The notes beneath the pieces are model-generated. The model made no database searches. It was not told where the DNA came from and saw only the letters and a program-made list of their open reading frames with translations. The position numbers and the translations under genes are program-made. A stretch of DNA of 62,236 bases, counting the filler, from Hausera hauseri (Eukaryota): assembly GCA_046269625.1 (NCBI GenBank). It is 11 parts of 11 records of this genome, joined end to end, with 100 filler letters (N's around TTAATTAATTAA, not from the genome) between each part and the next. Parts side by side here need not be neighbours in the genome. Positions count along the whole stretch, not along the records: positions 36,257 to 41,346 come from JBJURY010338825.1; positions 41,447 to 45,933 come from JBJURY010557562.1; positions 46,034 to 51,703 come from JBJURY010209633.1; 8 more parts are not named here. One strand, given 5' to 3'. This document shows, in pieces, positions 36,157 to 50,900 of this stretch (the stretch's first letter is position 1; every line of letters starts with the position of its first letter).

Positions 36157-38663
36157 NNNNNNNNNNNNNNNNNNNNNNNNNNNNNNNNNNNNNNNNNNNN
36201 TTAATTAATTAANNNNNNNNNNNNNNNNNNNNNNNNNNNNNNNNNNNNNNNNNNNNCCGTTCACTAATGTAAATGTAATGACAATTTTCTTCTTTTTTAA
36301 TATATGTACACACACATACATAAATGTCTAGACATGATCAAAACTGCATTTTCCGTGAAATTTGCAACTATTCCCTGCAATTCTTGTTCTTTACTTTACA
36401 TTCCTTACTCAACTATAATACTTTATACGTTCCGTTTTTTCATTTAATTAATTAATTAATTATTACTTTAGCCGCCTTGGGTAACAATAATGTACATGAA
36501 CAGCAATGGTGGAGACACCCATCAGTGGGTTTAACAATATCACAAGAGCAAGACGTTTATATATACAAGTATTTATTATTTATAAAATATTCACATAGTC
36601 ACAGTAACGATTGAACTGAAAAGTTCAAGATCACAAAATATCGTTATTCACGCCAATGTTTCGGATCACAATCACACTTAACAAAGCGTTATTTCTAATT
36701 TTCTGGACCACGAATCGGACGTTAAAATCGGTCATTCTGGTTTCGGTTCGATTCTTGAAGTTTGGATCGGTTCACTGTACAGAAAAATCGCTGAATTTTG
36801 GTGATAAATTTTCGTTTCTAAGTCAAATCTTAACTTTAATGAAGATATCAATGAGTTTTTGATTTGCCTTATTGATAAGTTTTTAAATTTTTATTAATAT
36901 TTTTAAAAGCGTTTAACAACCAATTCTTTTTTACCAGAAAATTAAAACAAAATATAATGCTGAACATAGTTCACCTGTCAAATGTAATACCAACCGTTGG
37001 CTATCATGATTCAGATATCGAAGAGTGTACCAAACTCAGCTCACTAAGCCTGTGTAAAGTAGACAATTTTTGGGGAAATCTACGAGACCGATATGAACAC
37101 TCTCGTAATACAGGACCCAACACCGGTACAGAGTGAAATGGACACCGCACAGATGCCCGTACTTCCTGAAGTGAAGCGTGCAACAATATGGCACAATTTT
37201 TGACGCACCATTCTAGAGTTGCACAAGAAGGGCAACAAAAATACCGAAACTTTACTAGGAACCTGGTACTTTAAAAAGAACAGGGGAGTATTGCGGAGTT
37301 TTGCTTTACAAACAGAACTAATTTAATTTAAATTTAATAACTCAATGTAATTTTAAATTTATACAACTCAAAAAGTAATAAAAAATTGAAATTTGTTTGT
37401 AAATTCAAAATTAATCAAAACAAATAACCTCTTTTTCCAAACGAACAACCCGACTTCAGAATCTCAAAAACAATTTTTCACATCACTCACTTTCAAGAAT
37501 CATATCCTGTCACAATATGTCTAGCAAAGAAGCCAACACAGCAACTGAAACTAAAACCAACAATTCATCCAAGATGCCAGAAATCCATGTCAAAAAACAA
37601 CAAACCGCGAAAAGAATGAAGACTATTGTGAGGCCCGGTGAGCCGATCACACAGAAGAGCTGCGCTGCAGTCATGCCGATATATTCAGTGATGGGTGCCA
37701 GAATTGGTGAGCCGATCGCAAAAGACGATAAAAAATTTCGAATTATTCCAAAAAAGAAATGCGAAATCTTTACGATTATGTACAATATGGCGTCGAGCAT
37801 ATCTGTCTCAGTCTCTTACATGGTTTCGAGTTCAATTCCAGCAACACAATACACGACATCGAGATCACCTGCGTCAAAATGCATTTTCAAATGTGTCTTT
37901 GAACATAAATTTTCTAGTCGGGAACTACTGTTCTCTATTACGTTTTTACCAGTCATTTTATTCGACATGTATGCGGCCTTAATCAGGCTCTTCGACAAAA
38001 CGAAACACCTAAAAGGATCAAGCCAAGTTTTGCATAAAGTGCATCAACCACCCAAAACAACCAGATCGTAACATTCCACATTCATTCACGGCTTTCGCGT
38101 GTGACTTATTTTATTTCAAACCAATTCAATTTCAAAATTGTATAATTAATAATGTGTTTCGTATTTACCAAGAAACATCGTATCATTGTTTCGATCCATT
38201 TAACGCATACCCATCAGATAGTGTGCTGTATCTGATTATTTAATATTTACAATTTAATAATTAATTTGAAAGTTAGAACTTATGTCAAGTTTTAAGGCAA
38301 AACAGAAAGTCCAAACTTAGGTCTCAAGTGTTTTACTTTGAATTAACAAATTGATATAATTATGCATTTTGTCTAAATCCGAGGTAAACATGATAACTTC
38401 ATACAATAGCAGATAGATTTTTGACGGGAAAATTCTCTTTAATCAAGACGACATTGATTGCAATTTTTATTCGATCTTCCTACTTCACACAAAACTATTT
38501 CATTCAACTCGAAACTTTAACAGAATTTACGAAATAATAAATAAAGGGTGCGTTACAATTTCTGTCTCAAAATTTAAATTTATGTAACCCAAAAATGAAA
38601 AATGGTAACGAAAAATAAAGTAATATAATAGAATGATCATTTATTTAACAATGAAAATAACAT

Positions 38664-39705
38664 TCATACAATATATCGTGATCCATTATCGCCGACTAAT
38701 CGAAACTTCTGTTTGAAGCCACTAAACAGTGATTTCGCATGTTTGAGTGCCACCAGAGTTGAGATTTGGGTCCACTCCCGCTTAAACGCCGTCACATCAG
38801 AAAGCTTTTTGCCAGTTTTAAAATACTCGAGCTTGAAGACGGCCCAAAAATTTTCAATAGGCCGGCATTGTAGCACATTTGGCGGGTTGCCGATTTTCTG
38901 CATTAACTCTATTTTCTGCTTCAAAAATTCAACCACCGGTTTTCAGTAGTGGCTTGTAGCCAAATCAGGCCAAAATAATAAGTTGCCCTTGTTCATATGC
39001 GACTTGAAAAATTCAAAAATGGGCCTCGAAGTATGTTATCAAGGTAGATTTGACCGTTCAAAAACTTTGACAATAAAGGGTTTGCTTACAGCTCCGTCTT
39101 GTGTTATTGCTTGCCATACAGGAAATTTGACCAGGAGTTTTTTTCTCCTTTTCACCTTGAAATCGTTTGGAATGTTTACGCCTGGTATGTCGTTCCAATA
39201 CTGTTTCTCGGGTAACTGAGTGGAATCACACGGCACATAAGTTTCGTCATCCATAATTACGAATTTCTCCCTTCCCTCCCGAGGAATTAACCGTGTGTAT
39301 AGCTTTCTGTAGCATCTCTGCACTTTCATCTTGATCCTCTTTATGCAAATGTGCATTCTGTTTGGTCCTTGTTACAATACCAAGATTTCGTTTCACTTTT
39401 CGGACACCGGCCTCAGAAATCTTTAGATTTTTTGCTGCGGCTCTTCCAGAAAGTGAAGGATTCTTGATTGGACGATGCTTCAGCTTTTTCGCGTTCTTTG
39501 GAGTCGCCACTTTCCGAATTCGGCCTGTTGACTGCTTGCATATGATGCTTTTATTCTTGCAATGCTGTTCTTGTGCTCGGTCGATGAATCGCATGTTGAA
39601 TCCTTGCTGACGAAAGTGATCTCCGGTTACTTTTTGGTTGGAATTATGATGCAGGAAAAACTCAATTATTTGAGTTATTTTAATTTCGTTGCTTATCGTT
39701 TTCAT
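38664..39705 (-). mobile_element. Tc1/mariner superfamily ITmD37E-type transposase, frameshifted
   Basis: HTH region SGRAAAKNLKISE; VIMDDETYV; FWPDLATSHY; NPPNVLQCRPIENFW. Confidence 0.85.
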
Positions 39706-41446
39706 TACGGCTTCACTGAAATTTTAAATTTTACTATTAAAAGCACTTGGAATGAAATAACGTCAAAATATCAAATCTTTGCGCATGCGCAGTAATACGG
39801 TACACTGGTTTAAGTTTTGAGACCATTTAGTTATTACTGACTTGGTGAATAAAAAATGAAAATGAATCCAGTTTATTCACAAATAAGAAAATCCCGTTAC
39901 AAAATGGAATTAAACATTCGTCAGTATGAACGCACAACCGTGTTTGTGGTATAAAAATGATGAGTCACTAAGTAGTTTTTTTATTACACTAAAACACAAT
40001 TCCCATCTTCATCATCACTATGATCATCTTCACGGGGGGTAACAAAATCAGACCAATCCTGACTATCCATTAAGTTTTGACTGGCATACGGAGTTTTCCT
40101 GTGACAAGCCTCTTCTATAACGACGTAATTCTTCATGCCAATTCAATAACAAACCTTTCGGTTTTTTCCCACAATCCGGCTTATTACTTTCATAGTGTTT
40201 CAAGGTCAATAACATTTTATTTAGGGAAGTTGCGCTTGTGCAACTTTTCTTGTAATGGGTTCGTGTGGTGGTTCAGCTACCGTATGAGTCAGTTCCATAA
40301 AATGTGGTTTAACCATACCTCGTACTCTGAATATCATAAACAAACACACTAGATTGACAAAACACACTGAATTTACTATTTTTAAATGTTATTAAATAAA
40401 ACGTATTTAAAATTTTTTGGCGGCATGTTGGTATAATTAATTGCAACAAACAAAATATACTTTCTCCCTGTTATTTAAATGTATCATCGCTATAGCATGA
40501 AGATGACCGACAAAAACTTAACTTACCCAAATTGTTTTCAGGTGCTTGATGCATCTGATCTTGATTTTATTGATCATCCGCGAAAATTTTTCTATTCATT
40601 TTATCCTGCATAAGATTTGGAACTGGCTTATCTGGATTGACTTCCTTGACCTTCCGTAAGATTGAACTTGATAAAATATTTTCTCTATAAAGCAAATTCT
40701 TAGTATAATATTAAATTTATTTACCCCAAATATCGGACGAATTACTGACTCCTAATTATCTTTAAAATCTGTTACAATATCAATTGTCTTCTAAAAATTC
40801 TTCAAGATTCTAATGATGACATGTAAAGGATAAAAACCAAGTAAAACTACTCACTTTGAATCACTATCGTATAGAATTGGCAATGTGATATTGCAAGCGA
40901 AAATTATGGTTAAATAATTTTTTTAAATTTTTGTTTTTTGGTCATTTGGACGCAGCTTATATAGTAGTTTGGACGACCATTATCGTTAATCAAATGTGGA
41001 GCGATAACTAAATTGACGTTTGGGTTTCCACATGAGTCCGGAACTTAAAACCCTTATCTGACAACCGCCTAATGGGTTTTCGTATATGAACCCGAGATCA
41101 TAATCTAATGCCATAAAATTGGCCTTCGGACACTCCATAGAACTAACAATCTCCAAAGATTAATTAGATTGATGTAATCAGCCCAAATGTTTAACTCGGG
41201 AAAACTCGACCTTCATTGACTGTACTAGTTAATTAACGAAACCAATATAAAACTTTTGTTAATTAACTTTGTTAACTTTTCGTAACTTTTCTTTTGTTCG
41301 AAACCCCTACTTCTCTTTATCATTTTGATCTGATCTTTTCAGCAATNNNNNNNNNNNNNNNNNNNNNNNNNNNNNNNNNNNNNNNNNNNNTTAATTAATT
41401 AANNNNNNNNNNNNNNNNNNNNNNNNNNNNNNNNNNNNNNNNNNNN

Positions 41447-44400
41447 AAAAGTAATTCAGTTGTGCGGCTCCTATGCTTATTGCACATCCAAAGCACATAA
41501 TCCGCAACAGTGCCATGAAACAATGCAGCGGTATTATGGACACAAATGCAAAAGGATCCAATATTATTATTATGTCCGGGATGTGAGACTGTATGCGGTG
41601 CAAATTACATACAGTTCTATCATGATCACAAACATCATTTGAGTCATTTTGCATCAAAGTCCAAAAAGATTATCTTCAATGCGCAACATAATCTTGATGC
41701 ATCTGCTTCGCAGTATTCTGCTTCACAGTATGCCGAGGGGGCTGCAGCAGCAGCTGTGAAGCATATTATATAATTGAAACGCGCAGCAGCATCATGCGCA
41801 GCAGGATCAGGCGCAGCCGCATCAAGCGCAACCACATCAGGCACAGCGGCTCCACCAAAAAGTCAAAGGCAGCGGCCAGTTGATGCTGCAGTTTTAAAGA
41901 GCAAAGTTCGCAGATATGTCATTGCAGCAACTGGCCAAACAACCCTCAAAGTGTTCCTTTTACACACAGAAGAAGAAGCAATAGGTATTCTCCAGGACAA
42001 CATGGCGGAGCTCAAAGCCATTAAGGTTAATATGAAACTGGAGGCCACATACATCAATTTTGATGACGATGAATCCAAAAGGGCCTTCAAGACCCTAAAT
42101 AGGCCAATATTTTGAGCCACCAATATAGTAGAATGGCTGCATGAGCAACATAGGAAGCTTATCCATGAGGCTGGACTCTGTCAGCCGTCAAGAGACTGCG
42201 TATGCATGTGCACAAGTACTCCCTCATGCGGGGCAGCTCCTTATATACAGCTCCCTGAGTGGATTCGCAAAAAAGGCATGCATTAATGTCCTTAATGATG
42301 ACAACATGTGCTTCATGTATGCCATTCTATGTAAACTCGTACGGGATCAACATAATGCTTCACGAGTTTGGCTATATAAGGATGTGCAGCACAACTATGA
42401 TTTCCAATGTATTAAGTTTCCTACATTCTTGGATGAAGTCAAAAAATTTGGGCTACTCAATAATATATGAATCAATATCTTTGGATTGGATGAGGAGGAC
42501 AAATTCTATCCGCTACAAATATGTAATGCCGAATTGGAAGATCATAGGGATCTGCTCCTACTAGACGATGGAGAAAAGAAACATTACGTATGGGTCAAGA
42601 ACTTTGAGCGTCTAGTCAGATCCCAAATAACAAAGCATTAGCACGGAATCGAAATATGCAAAAGATAATTGTCCTATTTCAGTGGCAAGTTAGCTGTGGA
42701 GAAGCTGAAAGAGCACAAGATGTACTGCAACAATAATTATTGTATCATGCCAGAATTTACCAAGGAGGACTACATCGAATTCAAGGAATTCGTGAAGAAG
42801 ATCAAGGTCCCAATAGTCATATATTGCGACTTTGAAGCGATCCTGCGTCCATTTCAGAGTTGCAGCCCTAATCCCTAACACAGCAGCACGACGGCATACA
42901 AATATTATGAACTTTCATAATATTGTATGTATGCAAAAGGACTGAACAGTGAATCATATCTATTCAGGGTCCAAATGCAGCAGCACATTTTATGAAACGA
43001 CTTGAAGACATGGCTCATAGGCTTGGAGATATGTTGCAGCAGAATAAGAATAAAATGAGCATGTTGAAGAAGCAAGAAGAAGAATGGCACAGGTCAACAG
43101 CATGTTACTTGTGCGACAAGTCCTTCACAGTGGAGAATTGGAAAATCAGGGATTATTGCCATTTTACAGGCATATATCGAGGCGCAGCCTTCAACAATTG
43201 CAATCTATGTTGCTGAACATGTACATATGTGCCTGTAGTGTTCCATAATCTCAGTGGCTATGATTCCCATTTCATTGTTCGGGAACTGGGCAACATTGAA
43301 GGAAACATTGATGTAATACCCAACAGTGTAGAAAAATACATCAACTTTACCAAGCATGTTGGGAAAATCAGGCTTCGCTTCATAGACAATTTCCATTTCA
43401 TGTCGTCTTCACTTGACAGTTCAGTGAAGAACCTCCCTGCAGAAGAACTCAAGGAGACGAAACTGTTCTTTCTCACTGCATTTGGCCTAGTCAAATGGTA
43501 AGGCGTGTTTCCCTATGACTATATAACATTATGAGAAACACTGGATGAGACCTCATTGCCGGCCAAGAAGGATTTTTAAAATATCCTCTCTGATTGCAAT
43601 ATCAATGATATGGATTACCAGCATGCTCAAAATGTCTGGCATGCATTCATATGCCGAACATTAGGAGAATACAGCAACATATACCTAAATACTGACGTGT
43701 TGCTTCTGACGGATGTCTTTGAGAGTTTCAGGGATGAAGAGCAATGCTTTGGATCCAGCTCATTTTTTTACGGCTCCAGGGATGAGTTGGGCAGTAATTC
43801 TGAGATATACCGGTATTATGTTGCAGATCATAAAGGATTATGACATGATCCTCATGATCGAGAGGAATATGCCAGGCCATCCACCGGCATAGCGAGGCCA
43901 ACAACAAGTATATGGCCGAATATGACCCAACAAAGGCATCTTCATATATTGCCTACCTAGATGCCAACAACTTATATGGATGGGTATTGCCATATGATGA
44001 CTTCAAGTGGGTCAAGCATCCCGAAGACATCTCTATACTGGACCTGGATACCAGTGGAGATACGGACTACATGCTGGAGGTGGATATGGAATATCCACAT
44101 AGCATCCACACAAGGCATGAACAGCTGCCTTTCCTCCTTGAGAGCAAGCCTTTGCTCCATGGAAAACATCGAAAGCTGCTCTGCCATTTGGATAGTAGGG
44201 AGAAGTATGTAGTCCACTACATAAATCTCCAGCAAGCGGTCAGGAATGGACTCCGCATTACGAAGATCCATCGGGCCCTGCAGTTCAGCCAGTCCATGTG
44301 GCTGCAGCCGTACATAGATCTCAATACGAAGCTGAGAGCTAATGTCAAAACGATTTCGAAAAGGATCAATTTAAACTGTATAATAACAGCGTTTTTGGCA

Positions 44401-45134
44401 AGACGATGGAGAATATCCGCAACAGGATTAACATCGATGTAGTCTCTGAGTAGAAGCGAGCAAAGAAGCTCATTGTCAAGCCCAACTTCCACAGCAGCAC
44501 CATTTATACGGAGAACTTGGTCAGCATCAATATGCGGAAAACATCCTTGCAATTCAACAAGCCAATATATGTGGGTATGTCAATACTAGACCTGTCAAAG
44601 ACCCTGATGTACATATTCCACTATGACATCATAGTCCACGCATTCCAGTCAATAAAACTGATGTACATGGATACTGATAGTTTCATCTATCAGATCCATA
44701 CTGAGTACATTTATGAAGACTTTGCTAAATTATCTCAGAATATGGATACGTCTGACTATCCGAAGGAGCATCCGAATTATTGAGTTAACAAGAAAGTCCT
44801 TGGGAAATTCAAAGACGAGGTGAGTGGGGCAGTCATCTCGAGATTTGTGGCTCTTGGGTCCCAAATGTATGCCCTTGATGTATGTGGCCAGATGAAAAAG
44901 AGAGCCAGGGGCGTTCAAAGGGCTACCTTGGCCAAGAAGATCGGCTTCGATGACTATGTGAGAGTTTTTCAGGAGCAAACTCATATCATATCAGAGATGC
45001 GAAGGATCCAGTCTAGGGCTCATGACACCGAGGCAGTAACAGTGCAGAAGAAAAGCCTAGATAGGATGGATGACAAAAGGCAGATCCTGGGTGATGGAAT
45101 AAGCACACTACCTCACGAGCATATGACACTGTAA
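41447..45134 (+). pseudogene. Protein-primed family B DNA polymerase (Maverick/adintovirus type, with endonuclease VII-like insert), multiply disrupted
   Basis: Exonuclease IYCDFEA, FHNLSGYDSHF, RFID; CYLC...RDYCHFTG.YRGAA..NCNL; polymerase YLDANNLYGW, KLYNNSVFGKTMEN, YMDTDSF, KKVLGKFKDE, DDKR. Confidence 0.92.
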
Positions 45135-45239
45135 ATATTTAAATACCGTTATTCTTTGTTAATACATTTTATATCAAAATATTATGTTGTCTTCTCGATA
45201 AAGTAATGTGGGACATAGGATAATAATGGAACAATTTTA

Positions 45240-45907
45240 ATGGACTTAGGCGTTTTCGGACATGGGGAATCGAATTCCGTTGTCAGATTTTTCGAAAAGT
45301 TCGAAATTCCATATTTGGGTCAAAAATGTTCCTATTTCGAATATTCGACTCGATATTCAAGATCTCCATACTCGGTTTCATATCTGTCCCTGCTAAATAT
45401 AATATCGATTTGTGATTCCTTAGGGAAAAATAATACCTATGGGAAGTCTGCCACAGTTTCACTTCGAGTCGATATTATTCGAAATTCACTCGATCGATTG
45501 AAATTATAATCACACATTCGTATAGTGCATCGTATTTGAGTTCAAACATACCCGGCCACACGTGGTAATTATCAATATTGGAATTATCGGAAAACCGATA
45601 TTATTGATTTTTGCACACTTGCACTTGTGTTGCGCATCTGCACAGTGCATATCAAAATGCGTATTGGTATGCAATATCGAATAGCACTTTGTCCCAATCG
45701 ATTTGATCAATTGTGCAATGTTTGTGTTATCGATTTGTGAAATGTGCAAAAATGTGCATAGGAACGGTTCCTAACGGCACCGTCGCATAGCACATTACCG
45801 ATCGATAGTGCTCCATGTGCACCATCGACTGGCACATGTGCCAATTGATTTATCGATTCGCAAACCCCCCGGAGGAGGTAGTGCAGATTTCCCATTTTCT
45901 AGCTACT
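45240..45907. mobile_element. Subterminal block plus TIR of the PolB element, ending in CTACT
   Basis: GAATCGA.TTCC...AGATTTTTCGAA.AGTTCGAA block shared with 55360-55460; TGCAC-rich TIR; CTACT ends at 45907. Confidence 0.8.
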
Positions 45908-46236
45908 GTGGTGGCCTTTCTTATTGACGATAGNNNNNNNNNNNNNNNNNNNNNNNNNNNNNNNNNNNNNNNNNNNNTTAATTAATTAANNNNNNNNNNN
46001 NNNNNNNNNNNNNNNNNNNNNNNNNNNNNNNNNGATTTTGTGGTGAGCGTGATTGAATATATTTATAATTATGCATGTAATTTGAACGAAACGTCTGCTT
46101 CGATGGGCGCAATTCTTTTTAATTGTGTAACTTTCTGTTTCCATTTGCATGATGAAAACAATAACGACTGTGTTGATATTTCCTTGGCAGGTGCGTTGAA
46201 GAAATTTGCTTCCTTTTTGCTAGTTGATCAACCGTC

Positions 46237-47672
46237 ATGCCTAGACATTGTTTAAATAAGCCGGACAGTTTCTGCTACGTTTGTGGTTCTTTTACAACAA
46301 AATCGCAACGTCGTAAAATTACCGCAGATCTTAAAAAGATTTACAAGTTATACTTCGGCTGTCCATTAGGTGACCAGGATAAGCCTTGGGCACCGCATGT
46401 AGTATGTACCAGTTGTTCTAATGGACTGCGTGACTGGTTAAATAAGCGTAAGGCAGCGATGGCATTTGCTATACCCATGATATGGAGAGAGCCCCGAGAC
46501 CATCACAGTGATTGCTATTTTTGTTGTGTTAAGACAAGTGGGTTCTCCTCTAAAAGCAAGCACAAAATAGCATATCCCAACCTGGATTCTGCAATTAGAC
46601 CTGTCCCCCATGATGACTCTTTACCGATCCCTCATCCTCCATCAGATGGACTCTCATCTGTGCATGACGAATACGATGAAGATTGTGGTGAAGGCTCCAA
46701 CTCGGATTCATCTGATACTGACTATGTGGCTGATGAAGATTCAGAACCAGAGGTATTTACTCAGGAAGAACTGAATGATCTCGTTCGGGACTTAAGTCTA
46801 TCCAAAGACAAAGCGGAGCTACTTGCTTCTAGACTGAAGCAGAAGCACTTGCTTGCAAAAGGTGGTCAAGCATGAAAGTACTTCTTCAAGCTATCCAGTA
46901 CAATATTCATCAGTGGAACATCTGTGGTGACCTGAAAGTCATTGGCATGCTGATGGGAATGCAGGGAGGGTTCACCAAATACTGCTGTTTTTTATGCCTG
47001 TGGGACAGTCGTGCTAAGGCAGATCATTATGTCAAGCGTGATTGGGAGGAAAGAAGTACATATAACCCGGGAACAAGCAGTGTCAAGTTCCTTCCTTTGG
47101 TTGATCCACATAAAATATTTCTTCCTCCTCTCCATATCAAGCTAGGTTTGATGAAAAATCTGGTAAAGCAGATGGGTAAAACAAACTCACCAGGTTTCCA
47201 GTATCTTGTACAGAAGTTCCCCAGCATCAGCGCTGCAAAAATGAAGGAGGGAATCTTCGTAGGTCCTCAGATCAAATCTGTTTTGCGCGATGAAGTTTTC
47301 ACAAATTCTCTCTCAGAGGTAGAGCTCCAAGCATGGACAGCATTCAAATGGGTGTGTGAAAACTTCCTGGGTAACCAGAGGTTGCCTTCATACAGGGAAG
47401 AGGTCCAGGTTCTTCTTGATGCCTACCAAAAACTGAATTGTAATATGTCACTGAAGATACATTTCTTGCATTCACACCTCGACTTTTTTCCCGAAAATCT
47501 CGGCATGGTGAGTGACGAGCAGGGAGAACGTTTCCACCAAGACATTCAGTTGATGGAGCGACGCTACCAGGGTTTCTGGAATGCGAGCATGATGGCAGAC
47601 TATTGTTGGATGTTGTATCGTGACAATCCAGACACAGTTTATGACAGACAATCATCGGCCAAACATTTTTAA
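46237..47672 (+). mobile_element. Chapaev3 (CMC) transposase with an internal deletion at ~46865
   Basis: CLNKPDSFCYVCG, GDQDKPWAPH, WREP.DH..DCYFC; ICGDLKV, CFLCLWDSR, LPPLHIKLGL, SDEQGERFHQD. Confidence 0.85.
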
Positions 47673-47948
47673 TGATATATATTGTGTTATAATATGCAAA
47701 ATAACTTTCATTTCTATTTTGTACATTTTTGTTTTATCTTCCATGATTAATTACACTTAGAGTTAAACAATTTCACAATTTAATCATTTTTCAAACTGTG
47801 CAAATCGTACAGTCGGACACTGTAATGTTAATAAAAGTTAATTATGTCATAAATCAAAAACTTGACGTGATGGAATAAAAATGAATACATATCTGAAATC
47901 AGCATAAAAAATTGGTTTAGAAAATGGTACTCGCACTTCTGATGATTA

Positions 47949-50900
47949 CTTCTTCTTCTTCTTCTTCTTCTATCCAGACTCTTGAGCTGCTTGCTCTTTA
48001 AGAGCCAATGCCAGATTGAAAAAGTGACTGGTCCTCATTAGTTGGTCCCGTCCGCTGTATAATGTGTTTGATATTGTTGGCTGGTGTGGGAGTAACTTGG
48101 TCCTTAATTGAGTCAGTTGTGGGCATTGTAAAAGAAAGTGCTCTACTGTTTCATAAGGGTGGCTGCAATGTCTGCATAGTGGAGGATGTGTAGGGTCTAT
48201 TCTGTTTAAGTGCATGTTTAATTTAATGTGTCCTGTTCTTAGTTGAAAGATGGTGCTCTGGTCTTTGCGAGGGAGGAAGTTGATGCTGTCTTGTTTTTTT
48301 GGTGTTGTCATCTCTCTGTATAGTGATCTTCCTGTTTTTCCTAGTGCCCATTCATTTAGCCACTCTTCTCTAAAATTATTTCTAAGGATTTGTCTGATGG
48401 TGTTGTAGCTAGTGGGTCTGTTTATCTGCTCCATGTTTGCGCCTATCTTGGCTAACTTGTCTGCTTTTTCATTTCCTCTTATCCCTATGTGTCCTGGGAT
48501 CCACTGGAGGGTGATGGTGATGTTGTAGGAATTCATTATTTTGTTGATAGTGTGAGCAAGGGTGCCTAATTCTTTCATGTTAGATGTGCTGTGTGATAAA
48601 GATTGAAGAGTTGACTGTGAGTCTGTAAAGATTACTATGTTAGCCTGGAGGTCCTTTGTCTGCGTGTATGCTCTGTCAATTGCTTCTAGTGCTATCTGTA
48701 TGGCTTCAATTTCCGCCTGAAAATTTGAGCAGTATTCACCACAGGGTGCACTTATCTCATCAGTACTACCATCAGGGAAGGTCAGGAAGGCGCCTAGACC
48801 AGCATTTATTGTGGCTTTGAAGGCTGATCCATCGGTGTAAACTAGTGTAGATGATGTGGGGTAACTGTCTATAGTTTCTAGTGCTCCTACTTTTAAATCT
48901 AAAGGGTTGGAATTTTTGGTTAAGTCTGGGTTCATAAGGTGAGTTTTGATGTCTGGGCGTTTGTAGCTTTCACCAGGTGGGGGGATGGTGTATCTTGTAA
49001 TGCTTTCTCTGTTTTCTGGAAGGTGGTGTTTAGTTTTTAAGTCATCAGCGCAGTGCAGGAGTGTTTTTCGCTTCTTTGTTGTTTTTTTTCTGGGCTTTTC
49101 TACTAGTTGTTTATTTGGATGGTCTCGCTCCAGTCTTTCATACCTTTCCACTGCTTCAAGGACTGCTCTTCTGCGCCTATGGCCTAGAGGTTCGATGTTG
49201 GCGTCAATTTCACAAGCTGCAGTTGGGGTGGTTCTTAGAGCTCCACAAATAAGGCGTAGGGCTTGATTTTGGACTTTATCAAGGGTTTCTTGTTGGTTTT
49301 TACTAGCCACAGCCTGCAGTGGAAGGCAGTTGTCCAGCACTGACCTAATATAGCCAACGTATAACTGCCTTAGTGTTTTCTTTTCGGCTCCCCAGGATGT
49401 ACTTGCTAAATGTTTTAAGATGTTTAGTCTTCTGGAGGCTTTTTCTTTTAGGGATGTGATGAAGTGATTCAGGGATAGTTTTCTGTCTAGTTTTACTCCC
49501 AAATAGACTGGGTTATCATCTTTCTTTAAAGGGACTGAGTCTAATTTTAGGTTGTATTGTCTGTTCGCAATTTTTGGGCTGTTGCTAAAAATACTGTATA
49601 CAGTCTTTTCCTTGTTGATGTTAAGTTTTCAGAGTTTGTTGTAGGTGGAAATTGTTGCTAGGGCTTGATTTAGTTTTATTCTAGTAAGAACAGGGTACTT
49701 TTCGGTAGTCCAGATGAGAAGGTCGTCTGTGTATAGGGCTTTGTTTACTGTAATTAAGTCAGGGAGGTCATTGATGAAGATAAGGAAAAGGGTGCAGCTG
49801 AGGGAAGATCCTTGGGGGAGTCCTTCTTCAAGCGTTTTTTTCGATGAGAGGGCACCTTCAAAGCTGGTTCGCACTGTCCTGTTTTGTAGGAAGGCTTTTA
49901 TCCAGTTGTACATTTTGCCATGTATGCCCATTTTTCTCATCTTCAGGAAGAGGCCCATGCGCCATACTCTGTCATACGCCTGTTGAAGGTCAATGAACAC
50001 AGCTGTAGTGTGCTTCTCATCTTAAAATCCTTCAACTGTTTCTTGGATAAATCGGAAAAGGTGGTCTTCAGTCCTACTGGCTTTTCTGAAACCTGCCTGG
50101 GCATTGTTTAGAAGATGGGAATTTTCTAGCCACCAATACAACCTATTATTAATCATCCTTTCTGCCAGCTTTCCTAGATTAGAGGTTAAGGAGATGGGGC
50201 GATAGCTTTTAGGGTCATCTGCAGGTTTGTCTTTTTTTAGGATTGGCTTTAGATGGGCTTCTTTCCATTCTGCTGGCAATTTTCCTGTTGACCAAGTTAG
50301 GTTTATAAATTTTAGTATAGCAGCTTTTGCTAAAGGTCCTAATCCCTGAATCATCTCATTGGTGATTTTGTCTGGCCCTGGTGATTTTTTGTTCTTGAGT
50401 TTCTTTAGTGCGCTATCTAATTCAGTTTCTGTGAAAGGTGTATCAAACAATCTTACACTTGCTGTTGAACTTTTTTCATGTAGGCGTAATATTTGTTTGA
50501 AAGCTTTGTCAATTTTTTTCTTGGGTTGTGATTTGTTTGTTTTTGTGAAGTGTTTATTGAAGATCTCTGCCTTTTTGGTGTTTTCAATAATTTTCTTTGT
50601 ACCTGTATTCATTGGTCTTGTGTGAGTTCTTTTGTTGCTGCCTGCAATGTTATGGATGAGGTTCCATGCTTTTTTCCCATCTTTACGAAGGTCTAGTTCT
50701 TCACATGACTGGATCCACCTGGCTTTTTTGTTGGTTTTTATTGTATGTCTGATGCGGGCTGTGAGTTTGTTGTATTTTGTTCTATTTTCTTTAAGTGGGT
50801 TCTTCTCTAGTGTTGTCCTAGCTTTATTTCTTTCCTTTACTAAGTTTTTTAGTTCAGGTGTCCAATAGGGGGTGTACTTCTTTCTACTGCCTCTAGGGAT

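Noticed and set aside
38546-39830. Exact TIRs of the D37E element
   Set aside because: Only a short GTCTCAAAA.TTAAA inverted match is visible; the ends could not be defined confidently.
33176-45907. Capsid module and PolB as parts of one contiguous Maverick
   Set aside because: They are on different contigs separated by linkers, and their terminal sequences differ.
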